Below are positions 54,736 through 63,081 of a stretch of DNA of 64,000 bases, one piece after another. The notes under the pieces were generated by a model. It made no database searches. It was not told the DNA's origin and worked only from the letters and a program-made list of their open reading frames with translations. The position numbers were made by a program, and so were the translations under genes. Position 1 is the first letter of the stretch; the number at the start of each line of letters is the position of its first letter. This DNA comes from Pseudomonadales bacterium (lineage in GTDB: Bacteria; Pseudomonadota; Gammaproteobacteria; Pseudomonadales; JAUIET01), in the NCBI GenBank assembly GCA_037969395.1, contig JBBKXJ010000018.1:20108-84107 (forward strand), read 5' to 3'.

Positions 54736-54859
54736 TGCTTTATTCCTCTCACCACTGTCGTTTGACGGGCAGCATAATTTCTTGTGATCGCTGGCGCAAT
54801 GTCGGCTTACTCATTACTATGCCCGACTTGGCCATAATACACCGACGCTAAACACCTCC

Positions 54860-56374
54860 ATGCCCAACTCCTATATCAAAAGAATCCTGCAGGCGCGCGT
54901 TTACGACGTAGCCAATGAATCGCCAATTGATGAGGCGACCTGCATGTCCAGACGTTTACAAAACACGGTGTTGCTTAAGCGTGAAGATCTACAGCCGATT
55001 TTCTCGTTCAAACTGCGCGGCAGCTACAATAAAATTGCCAATCTTGATGTTGCCGAACAACGCCGCGGTGTGATTGCGGCGTCAGCGGGTAACCATGCGC
55101 AAGGTGTGGCGCTGGCTGCGCAGAAGCTGGGCATCGACGCCACTATTGTCATGCCGGAAACGACACCACAGATCAAAATTGACGCGGTCAATGCACGCGG
55201 CGCAAAAATCGTATTGCACGGCGACAATTATAATGCTGCTTCCGAGCATGCGCAGGAATTGGTGCAGCAGCGCAAGTTGGCTTACATCCATCCGTTTGAC
55301 GACCCCGACGTAATCGCCGGCCAGGGTACTATCGGCATGGAAATTTTGCGCCAGGTTACCGGGCCGCTTGACGCGGTTTTCGTGCCGGTTGGCGGCGGTG
55401 GGCTGATGGCCGGCGTCGCGGCCTACATAAAGCACGTGCGCCCCGACGTGAAAATGATAGCCGTGGAACCGCAAGACGCAGCCTGCCTGGCAGCGGCGCT
55501 GCAGAAAGGCCGACGGGTGACATTGCAGGAGGTGGGCCTGTTTGCTGACGGGGTGGCTGTGGCGCAAATCGGCAAGGAAACGTTTCGCGTGTTGCGCAAG
55601 ACCGTCGATGATGTGATTACCATTAGCACCGACGAAATGTGCGCCGCCATCAAGGATATTTTCGACGACACCCGCTCTATTGCCGAACCCGCCGGCGCGC
55701 TGGCGCTGGCAGGATTAAAGAAATACGTGGAGCGCAGTAAGTGCAAAAATAAAACGCTGCTGGCTATTCATAGCGGCGCTAATACCAATTTTGATCGGTT
55801 GCGATATATTTCCGAGCGTACCGAAATTGGCGAAGGCCGCGAAGCGATACTGGCGGTTACCATCCCCGAGCGCGCCGGCAGTTTTAAAACGTTTTGCCGG
55901 GCGCTGGGTAAACGCAACATTACCGAGTTTAACTACCGTTACGCTGACGCCTCGCAGGCGCACATCTTTGTTGGTGTACAGATAAAACCCAATGCGACTG
56001 ACCGTGCGCAGCTTATCAGCAGCTTGCAACGTAAAGGCTACCCGGTGCTGGATCTTACTGATAACGAAATAGCCAAGCTGCATATTCGCTATATGGTAGG
56101 AGGGCGTGCGAACGGTGTCGGCGCTGAAGCTTTATACCGCTTCACCTTTCCGGAACGGCCCGCCGCCTTGCTGGATTTTCTGGTTCAATTAGGCGAGCGC
56201 TGGAATATTTCAATGTTTCATTATCGCAATCACGGCGCGGCTTACGGTCGAGTGTTATTAGGGTTGCAGGCGAATCGCTCAGAGCACAAGGCCATCGCCA
56301 GGTTTATGGACAGTCTGAACTATAAATATATCGATGAAACAGGCAATCAGGCGTACGAGATGTTCTTGCAGTAG
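54860..56374 (+). CDS. ilvA: Biosynthetic threonine dehydratase
   Basis: 504 aa. The PLP site is FSFKLRGSYN, followed by ...ASAGNHAQGVA. Two C-terminal ACT-like regulatory domains. Confidence 0.95.
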   Translation: MPNSYIKRILQARVYDVANESPIDEATCMSRRLQNTVLLKREDLQPIFSFKLRGSYNKIANLDVAEQRRGVIAASAGNHAQGVALAAQKLGIDATIVMPETTPQIKIDAVNARGAKIVLHGDNYNAASEHAQELVQQRKLAYIHPFDDPDVIAGQGTIGMEILRQVTGPLDAVFVPVGGGGLMAGVAAYIKHVRPDVKMIAVEPQDAACLAAALQKGRRVTLQEVGLFADGVAVAQIGKETFRVLRKTVDDVITISTDEMCAAIKDIFDDTRSIAEPAGALALAGLKKYVERSKCKNKTLLAIHSGANTNFDRLRYISERTEIGEGREAILAVTIPERAGSFKTFCRALGKRNITEFNYRYADASQAHIFVGVQIKPNATDRAQLISSLQRKGYPVLDLTDNEIAKLHIRYMVGGRANGVGAEALYRFTFPERPAALLDFLVQLGERWNISMFHYRNHGAAYGRVLLGLQANRSEHKAIARFMDSLNYKYIDETGNQAYEMFLQ

Positions 56375-56379
56375 GTACT

Positions 56380-56646
56380 AGTGCCCCTTCCAGGTGATAT
56401 TGCCTAATGCAGTCAATTCAGAAGCGGTACAATGCGAGGCGTTTTCCCGATAGCATAGTGGGCCTATGCTGAGGGGAAACAACGAAGCAATGTGCCGCTT
56501 CTGGACTGACCCGAAGGGCGCTAAGCAAGCCGCCCTCAGCTGTGTTGCACTGGTTCGACGTAGGCCCACTTTGCCTTCACCAGTGCGCCTTGCAGAGAAC
56601 GGCCTGCTTAACGCTGAATTAGGCAATATCACCTGGAAGGGGTACT
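56380..56646 (+). ncRNA. Unclassified candidate structured RNA (alternative: MITE-like inverted-repeat element) closed by a 25-bp perfect stem
   Basis: 56384-56408 is perfectly complementary to 56618-56642. The interior forms several independent helices. All 7 non-WC pairs are G-T on the + strand. I recognise no coding signal and no known RNA family. See the first finding. Confidence 0.4.
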
Positions 56647-56712
56647 CGGTCGAATCTTGACCGGCGCGCCGCGTGGGCAAGCTGTTATGACAACGTTGCT
56701 GAAGACACCAGG

Positions 56713-56900
56713 AAAAAAAGAGTACCCCAATGTACCGCTTTTACAGCGTAGCCCTTGAACCCGATGGTTCAAGGTGGTGGTCTATGTGAAAGTTCGGGCT
56801 TCCCGTCTAGCGGACATGCACTCCCCTTTCAGCTAAGGACCCCCGGATGGTGATATCGGCTCGAGGACAAACTGTATGGCAAATACACCAGGGTACGTCC
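56713..56900 (-). ncRNA. ssrS: 6S RNA
   Basis: The minus-strand sequence contains GAGCCGAUAU (complement of 56853-56862) and CACCUUGAACCAUCGGGUUCAAGGGCUAC (complement of 56750-56778). These match conserved blocks of E. coli 6S as I remember it. The closing stem is GUACCC/GGGUAC followed by a U7 run. It lies immediately downstream of zapA, as in enterobacteria and pseudomonads. The ends are approximate. Confidence 0.8.
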
Positions 56901-56966
56901 TTATAGTATAGCGAATCCAGCAGCGGGGGCTAGTACTGCTACGATATTAACTTATGGGAGTGATAG

Positions 56967-57281
56967 TTAAGCCTTTTGTTGCCGGCAGGTGTTTAATGCA
57001 TCATCAATCTTGTCAGTTAGCACCGACAATTTTTCGTTAGCGCCCTCAGAAGAGACGCCGTTTTGCGTGGCCTGCATTAATTCGTAAGACATGTTCAGCG
57101 CCGTCATCACGGCAATTCGCTCCAGACCAATGACCTTGCCACCGTCGCGAATTTCGCGCATTTTTTTGTCGAGATAGGCAGCAGACTGCAGCAACGCCTG
57201 CTTCTCTTCGGGTGGGCAGCTAACCTGGTAGTCCTTGCTGAGAATATTGACGCTGACAGTTTCCATTTCGGTTTGACTCAC
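56967..57281 (-). CDS. zapA: Cell division protein ZapA
   Basis: 104 aa. VNILSKDYQVSCPPEEKQALLQSAAYLDKKMREIR...RIAVMTALNMSYEL. Confidence 0.9.
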   Translation of the reverse strand: MSQTEMETVSVNILSKDYQVSCPPEEKQALLQSAAYLDKKMREIRDGGKVIGLERIAVMTALNMSYELMQATQNGVSSEGANEKLSVLTDKIDDALNTCRQQKA

Positions 57282-57487
57282 GAATCATCCTCCAGCGCTC
57301 GAAGCCGCGTAATCATGCTTTCAACCTTGCTGCGCGCCAGCTCGTTTTTCTTCATCAACTCGGCGCGCTCGTTGCGCCACACAGTGTGCTTGGCTTTGAG
57401 AGATTTATTTTCATGATCCAGGTCGGCGCAAAGGTCGATCATCTCGTGAACCTTTTGCTCCAGCGCTATGACTTGATTGTTTTCCAT
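57278..57487 (-). CDS. Small coiled-coil protein (TIGR02449 / ZapB-like), upstream of zapA
   Basis: Track ORF runs to 57601. ATG 57487 gives a 69-aa heptad-rich protein, MENNQVIALEQKVHEMIDLCADLDHENKSLKAK... Its stop overlaps the zapA start (ATGA). Confidence 0.7.
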   Translation of the reverse strand: MENNQVIALEQKVHEMIDLCADLDHENKSLKAKHTVWRNERAELMKKNELARSKVESMITRLRALEDDS

Positions 57488-57603
57488 CGTGTTGTTTATC
57501 ACCATTGATTCTGCAGGTACTATAGTGGCCTGCCGCAGGCGGGTCAATCCGCGCAACGTACTGACGGCAGGAGTTTTTACACTTTTCCGGGAGAAAATCA
57601 CGT

Positions 57604-58203
57604 ATGACCGGTTCGGAGCCTCACGCAGGCCCGCTGTACTACGAGGAGCTTGCCGACTTGATCGTCGAGCTGGGCGGTTTGAGCAGTGCGGCGGAGATTC
57701 ACGGCGTAGCCTGCGGCAGCCTGGCAGCGGGCGCTGATTGGGACGCTGCTGTTTGGATCAGCAATAGCCTGACCTATATGGATGCCAGCGAAAAACAGCC
57801 GTCCAGCGTCGCTCGGTCTGAACTGGTTGTGGTTAAAGAGCAGGCGCAGGCGGCGCTAATCGATGCTAATCTGAGTTTCACCATGCTGCTACCGGCCGAA
57901 GATACGGCTTTACCGCAGCGCGCCGAGGCGCTTGGCCAATGGTGTGTAGGCTTTCTAAGCGGCTTCGCGTTAGCAGGTAGAAACGTCGACGATGATGTGC
58001 CGGGTGCCACAGAGGTGGCCGAAATATTCCGTGATTTTGCTGCCATTGCCAACGTGGCGCTGGACGATGGGTCCATCGACGCCGATGCCAGCGAGCAGGA
58101 TTTCATGCAGCTGACAGAATACGTTAGAGTCGCCGCGTTAACAGTGTTTGCCCAGTGCGCGCAGGCCGTGCCGGCAGTCGATAACGACCCCACCATACAC
58201 TGA
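57604..58203 (+). CDS. ygfB: UPF0149 family protein YgfB
   Basis: 199 aa. ...AAEIHGVACG...LGQWCVGFLSGF...LTEYVRVAALTVF matches YgfB blocks. It precedes pepP. Confidence 0.88.
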   Translation: MTGSEPHAGPLYYEELADLIVELGGLSSAAEIHGVACGSLAAGADWDAAVWISNSLTYMDASEKQPSSVARSELVVVKEQAQAALIDANLSFTMLLPAEDTALPQRAEALGQWCVGFLSGFALAGRNVDDDVPGATEVAEIFRDFAAIANVALDDGSIDADASEQDFMQLTEYVRVAALTVFAQCAQAVPAVDNDPTIH

Positions 58204-58212
58204 GCAATTACA

Positions 58213-59556
58213 ATGGCCATACTAAAACGCGAGTTCGGTCGCCGGCGGCATAACTTAATAGCGCAGCTGGAACCCAACAGCATTGCCATCGTTGCCTCAG
58301 CATCGCCTGCTATTCGTAATCGTGATGTGGAATTTCCTTTTCGTCAGGACAGCGACTTTTATTACCTGTCCGGATTTGTCGAGCCTAACTCTGTACTGGT
58401 GTTGGCGCCCGAGCGAGAGCACGGCGAGTTCATTTTGTTTTGTGATGAGCGCGACCCAGCGATGGAACTTTGGAACGGCTACCGCGCTGGCCAGGAGGGT
58501 GCCTGCGAGCGCTACGGCGCCGATGACGCATTTCCGATCGCCGACATCGATGATATTCTGCCGGGCCTGATTGAAGGTCGGGAGCGTGTTTACTACGCGA
58601 TGGGCCGCAATTCCGAATTTGACCAACGCCTGATGGGCTGGATCAATGCGATTCGCAAACAGGCGGGCAGCGGCGCACAGCCGCCAGGAGAATTTGTTGA
58701 CCTCGATCATATTCTGCACGACATGCGCTTGTTGAAAAGCGCTGCCGAATTGAAGGTCATGAAAGAGGCCGCCGATATTTCGGTCAAGGCGCACCGGCGC
58801 GCGATGCGAGCGTGCAAGCCGGGCATGTACGAATATCAACTACAGGCCGAGCTGGAACACGAATTTATGCACAGTGGCAGCCCTCGGCCGGCCTATAGTT
58901 CCATTGTTGGCGGTGGTGTTAACGGCTGCATTTTGCACTACACCGAGAATTCGGCAAAGCTCAAGGCAGGCGACCTGGTATTGATTGATGCCGGTTGCGA
59001 ACTCGATTTTTATGCGTCGGATATTACCCGCACATTTCCGGTCAACGGCAAATTCAGTGCTGAGCAGAAGGCAATATACGAAGTAGTTCTGGAGGCTCAG
59101 ATAGAGGCCATCAAAGCGGTACGCCCGGGTGCTCACTGGAATACTCCGCACGATGTAACCGTGCGTGTGATTACTGAGGGGCTCCGAGACTTGAAGCTAC
59201 TGCGCGGTGAAGTTGACGACCTCATCAGGCAAGAAGCGTACAGGCCATTCTATATGCATCGCGCCGGCCATTGGTTAGGCATGGACGTGCACGATGTCGG
59301 CGACTACAAAGTGGGCGACCAATGGCGCCTGTTGGAGCCGGGCATGGTACTGACGATCGAGCCCGGCATTTACATCGCTGCCGACAATGCCAACGTCGCA
59401 AAAAAATGGCGCGGCATCGGCGTACGAATTGAAGACGATGTAGTGGTCACCAAAACAAAAGCCAAAGTACTAACCGGCGCATTACCAAAAAAAGTCGGCG
59501 ATATCGAAAAGCTGATGCGCAGTAAACGCACACGTGCCAGGAAGCGAGTGCAATGA
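58213..59556 (+). CDS. pepP: Xaa-Pro aminopeptidase
   Basis: 447 aa M24B peptidase with DLVLIDAGCELDFYASDITRTFPV...HWLGMDVHD...TIEPG...GVRIEDDV. Confidence 0.93.
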   Translation: MAILKREFGRRRHNLIAQLEPNSIAIVASASPAIRNRDVEFPFRQDSDFYYLSGFVEPNSVLVLAPEREHGEFILFCDERDPAMELWNGYRAGQEGACERYGADDAFPIADIDDILPGLIEGRERVYYAMGRNSEFDQRLMGWINAIRKQAGSGAQPPGEFVDLDHILHDMRLLKSAAELKVMKEAADISVKAHRRAMRACKPGMYEYQLQAELEHEFMHSGSPRPAYSSIVGGGVNGCILHYTENSAKLKAGDLVLIDAGCELDFYASDITRTFPVNGKFSAEQKAIYEVVLEAQIEAIKAVRPGAHWNTPHDVTVRVITEGLRDLKLLRGEVDDLIRQEAYRPFYMHRAGHWLGMDVHDVGDYKVGDQWRLLEPGMVLTIEPGIYIAADNANVAKKWRGIGVRIEDDVVVTKTKAKVLTGALPKKVGDIEKLMRSKRTRARKRVQ

Positions 59557-60785
59557 AACGCTACGACGCTGTTATTGTCGGCGGCGGCATGGTGGGTGCC
59601 AGTCTGGCCACCTGTTTGCAAGCGCGCTTCGAAGCGGTACCGCTTAACATTCTGATTATCGAGAGCTTTGCGTTAGGCGACAGCGCGCCGGCAATAAACT
59701 ACCAGCCCAGTTTCGACGCGCGCGCAACGGCGCTGTCGTACGGTAGTCGGCAAATCTATGAAACCATGGGTTTGTGGCAGCACATTGCCGAGCATGTCAC
59801 AGCGATTAACACTATTCACGTATCCGACCGTGGCCGCTTTGGTTCAGTCTGTATGGACAGCACCACTGAAGGGCTGCCCGCGCTGGGCTACGTAGCCGAC
59901 AATAAATGGCTGGGCAGCGTACTCCTCAACGCGCTACATGCCGACACGGCTATCACGTTTGCCTGCCCGGCCACGGTGGTAGATGCCAGCGTTGATGCGA
60001 CTGGCGCGCAGGTTCGTTATCGCTGTGGCGATGCAACGATGACCGTCGCCGCCGAGCTACTGGTAATAGCCGACGGTGCGCAGTCCGCTATGCGCACCCG
60101 GCTAGGCATAGCCACGCAACAAACCGACTATCGCCATGCCGCAATTGTCTGCAACGTGCAAACTCAGAAACCGCATCAGCATGCTGCTTTTGAGCGCTTT
60201 ACTGACCACGGTCCGTTGGCCTTTCTGCCACTGGGAGAGAGCACCGACAGCGCACTGAGTTCGCTGGTGTGGACCCGCTCTCCGGAAGATGCCGAACGAC
60301 TGCTGCAGGCAAGCGAAGCGGAGTTTAACTTTGAGCTGCAGCGAGCGTTCGGCTATCGGTTGGGGCGCATCGAGCGTTGTGGCGAACGGTTTAGCTATCC
60401 ATTAAGCCTGATCGAGGCGCAGGAACAGGCGCGGCCACATCTTATAGTTATGGGCAACGCGGCGCATTCCCTGCACCCGGTTGCCGGTCAGGGCTACAAC
60501 CTGGCGCTGCGCGCTGTATTAAAACTGGTGGAGCATCTACAGGCGGCACGGCTAGCCGGGAAGAGTTTAGGGGATAGCGAAGTGTTGAACGCTTATCTTA
60601 GCGCGCAGCGTAGCGACCAGCGTAACACGGTTGCCTTTAGCCATTTGGCAGCCACGCTGTTCGTCAATGACGGTTTTGCGATTGGCCTGGGACGTGATCT
60701 CGGTTTGTTAGGACTGGATTTACTGCCGCCGCTTAAGTCGAAGCTGGTGCAGCAGGCGGCGGGACTGGCGGCGAGCGCAGCATGA
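59553..60785 (+). CDS. ubiH: FAD-dependent ubiquinone biosynthesis hydroxylase (UbiH type)
   Basis: YDAVIVGGGMVGASLA is the GxGxxG motif, with ...GNAAHSLHPVAGQGYNLALRA. It lies after pepP. Confidence 0.87.
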   Translation: MKRYDAVIVGGGMVGASLATCLQARFEAVPLNILIIESFALGDSAPAINYQPSFDARATALSYGSRQIYETMGLWQHIAEHVTAINTIHVSDRGRFGSVCMDSTTEGLPALGYVADNKWLGSVLLNALHADTAITFACPATVVDASVDATGAQVRYRCGDATMTVAAELLVIADGAQSAMRTRLGIATQQTDYRHAAIVCNVQTQKPHQHAAFERFTDHGPLAFLPLGESTDSALSSLVWTRSPEDAERLLQASEAEFNFELQRAFGYRLGRIERCGERFSYPLSLIEAQEQARPHLIVMGNAAHSLHPVAGQGYNLALRAVLKLVEHLQAARLAGKSLGDSEVLNAYLSAQRSDQRNTVAFSHLAATLFVNDGFAIGLGRDLGLLGLDLLPPLKSKLVQQAAGLAASAA

Positions 60786-62014
60786 CTGCGCCGCGCCATT
60801 ACGATATCGTTATAGCCGGCGGTGGCATGGTCGGGTTGGCGCTGGCGTGTGCTTTGCGCGATAGCAGCTATAAAGTCGCCTTGATCGAAGCACGTGAATT
60901 TCCCGCTGCAACGCAGGTCAGCGGCGAAGCACCAAAGGATTTTGAGCCGCGGGTCAGCGCGTTGACTGTTGCATCGCAGCAGTATTTCACGCAGCTTGGT
61001 GTCTGGCAGGGCATTGTCGATCAACGCGCCTGCGGCTTCGATAGCATGCACGTATGGGACGCGGCGGGTAGCGCCGAGATTGATTTCAAAGCGCGTGAGC
61101 TGCGGCAACCCTTGCTCGGCCATATCGTCGAAAACCGGGTCACCACACAGGCCTTATGGGCCGCAGTTCAGGCCAGCCAAAATATTACGCTTTACTGTCC
61201 GCAGAGCGTGCAAGGCGTAGACTTTAGTGGTTTTGTTTTAACTGGTTCTGACCGCAAGCCGGTGACGCTGCAGCTGCAAAACGCTGAAGCGCTAACCGCG
61301 CAACTGCTGGTTGCGGCGGATGGCGGGCAATCCGGCATCCGCCAGTTGGCAGGGTTTGCCACGCGTGAGTGGTCGTATGGGCAGCAAGCGATAGTGACCA
61401 CGGTACGTACCGAGCTGGCGCATTGCCACACGGCGTGGCAACGCTTTTTGCCGACCGGCCCGTTGGCGTTTTTGCCGCTACCGGGCAGTGATCAAAACTG
61501 TTGCTCAATTGTGTGGTCGGTGACCAATGAGCATGCCGATACTTTAATCGCGCTGGATGACAGTGCCTTCGCTACGGCACTTGCCAACGCCTTTGAGCAT
61601 CGCCTGGGTGGCGTGCAGGATGTTGCGCCACGCTACAGTTTTCCGCTGCAGCAGCGACACAGCACGCGTTATGTAAAACCAGGAGTAGCGCTGCTTGGCG
61701 ACGCCGCGCATGTGATTCATCCGCTGGCGGGGCAGGGCGCAAACCTCGGTATTCAGGATGTGCAAGTGCTGGCGCAGGAGCTGCAGCGCGCGGCGGTTCG
61801 TGGGCTTAGTCCCGGTAGCATAGCCGTACTGGAACGCTACCAGCGGCGGCGCATGGGCTCAAATCTGCTGATGATGGGGGCGGTTGAGGGGTTTAAGCGG
61901 CTGTTCGAAGAGTCGTCGTTGCCGGTGCGCTGGCTGCGCAACGCCGGCATGCGGCGGCTAAACACGCTGGCGCCGGTCAAAAATCATATCATGCGCCAGG
62001 CGATGGGTTTATAG
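60782..62014 (+). CDS. ubiI: FAD-dependent ubiquinone biosynthesis hydroxylase (UbiI/VisC type)
   Basis: YDIVIAGGGMVGLALA...GDAAHVIHPLAGQGANLGIQD. It is a paralog of the preceding gene with a 4-nt overlap. Confidence 0.84.
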   Translation: MTAPRHYDIVIAGGGMVGLALACALRDSSYKVALIEAREFPAATQVSGEAPKDFEPRVSALTVASQQYFTQLGVWQGIVDQRACGFDSMHVWDAAGSAEIDFKARELRQPLLGHIVENRVTTQALWAAVQASQNITLYCPQSVQGVDFSGFVLTGSDRKPVTLQLQNAEALTAQLLVAADGGQSGIRQLAGFATREWSYGQQAIVTTVRTELAHCHTAWQRFLPTGPLAFLPLPGSDQNCCSIVWSVTNEHADTLIALDDSAFATALANAFEHRLGGVQDVAPRYSFPLQQRHSTRYVKPGVALLGDAAHVIHPLAGQGANLGIQDVQVLAQELQRAAVRGLSPGSIAVLERYQRRRMGSNLLMMGAVEGFKRLFEESSLPVRWLRNAGMRRLNTLAPVKNHIMRQAMGL

Positions 62015-62152
62015 CTCCACGGGCTATTGGGCGGTAGCAAGAAGTTGGGTGACTCAGAGAGTCGGCAACTGCGTTTGCTTGTTTTTGATTCATTGCGCGG
62101 TAGAATGCAGCGTTACGTCACAAAATCCAAGTTGTTGAAATATGAGGCGAGC

Positions 62153-62539
62153 ATGTCGATAACCCCTGAAGAACTGCGTTATGCCGCGACCCATGAGTGG
62201 GCGCGCGTGGAAGACGACGGCAGTATTGCCGTCGGTATCAGCGACCATGCGCAAGAGGCGCTGGGCGACGTGGTTTATGTTGAACTACCCGAACCGGGCA
62301 CTACTGTAAGCGCTGGCGATCAAGCTGGCGTGGTCGAATCAGTTAAGGCAGCGTCAGATATTTACAGCCCGGTCAGCGGTGAAGTCATTGCGGTCAACAC
62401 CGCGCTGGAAGATGCACCGGAAACAGTTAACGCCGGGCCGTATGGAGATGGCTGGCTGTTTCGCGTCAAGCCGGCTGACGATGATTTAAGCCATTTGCTG
62501 GACGCAGCTGCATACACCGCGCACTGCGAAGAAGCGTAA
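62153..62539 (+). CDS. gcvH: Glycine cleavage system / lipoyl carrier protein H
   Basis: ATG 62153 follows [27 protein letters not shown]...[18 protein letters not shown] carries the lipoyl-lysine motif. 128 aa. Confidence 0.93.
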   Translation: MSITPEELRYAATHEWARVEDDGSIAVGISDHAQEALGDVVYVELPEPGTTVSAGDQAGVVESVKAASDIYSPVSGEVIAVNTALEDAPETVNAGPYGDGWLFRVKPADDDLSHLLDAAAYTAHCEEA

Positions 62540-62581
62540 GCTAACGGCGACCTTTTATGTATACACCGCAAGGTATGAACT

Positions 62582-63067
62582 TTGGTAGATAAAGACGGCT
62601 TTCGCCCCAACGTCGGCATTATGCTAAGCAATGGTCACGGTCAACTGCTATGGGCGCGACGTCTGGGGCAGGATGCCTGGCAGTTCCCACAGGGTGGTAT
62701 CAACGTCGACGAATCGCCGCGTGACGCGTTGTTCCGCGAGCTGCGCGAAGAGGTTGGGCTCGACAAGCAAGATGTAGAAATTATCGCCTGCACTGGCGGC
62801 TGGCTGCACTATCGGCTGCCAAAACGACTGGTGCGGCATGCTATGAGCCCGGTGTGCGTTGGTCAGAAACAAAAATGGTTTCTACTCAAATTAGTTGCAC
62901 CGGAATCACGAATTCGGGTTGACCGTGACGGCAAGCCCGAGTTCGACGGCTGGCGTTGGGTTAGTTACTGGTATCCGCTGGGCAGGGTCGTGCAGTTTAA
63001 GCGTGAAGTTTATCGGCGCGCGCTCAATGAATTAGCGCCACCGCACAGTAAATTGAGTAAGATTTAG
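62582..63067 (+). CDS. rppH: RNA pyrophosphohydrolase
   Basis: TTG start. (M)[16 protein letters not shown]...[28 protein letters not shown] is the Nudix box. Confidence 0.92.
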   Translation: MVDKDGFRPNVGIMLSNGHGQLLWARRLGQDAWQFPQGGINVDESPRDALFRELREEVGLDKQDVEIIACTGGWLHYRLPKRLVRHAMSPVCVGQKQKWFLLKLVAPESRIRVDRDGKPEFDGWRWVSYWYPLGRVVQFKREVYRRALNELAPPHSKLSKI

Positions 63068-63081
63068 ACGATAATGCTTAT

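Noticed and set aside
56378-56680. Track ORFs 56378..56680 (-, 100 aa) and 56466..56660 (+, 64 aa) in the ilvA-ssrS spacer
   Set aside because: Both owe their length to the palindromic element; each ends in the same LGNITWKG peptide encoded by the inverted repeat. They have no RBS, overlap each other on opposite strands, have Arg/Ser/Pro/Cys-rich composition, and show no family resemblance. The region is better explained as structured RNA or a repeat.
56646-56712. tRNA-like T-arm look-alikes: GGTTCGACG at 56552-56560 and CGGTC-GAATCTT-GACCG at 56647-56663
   Set aside because: No acceptor, D or anticodon arms can be built around them. The loop sequences do not match the T-loop consensus in the correct stem context.
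62015-62152. Possible glycine riboswitch upstream of gcvH
   Set aside because: The conserved GGAGAG...ACCGAAGGGGCAA cores are absent. Only a vague CTCAGAGAG string is present.
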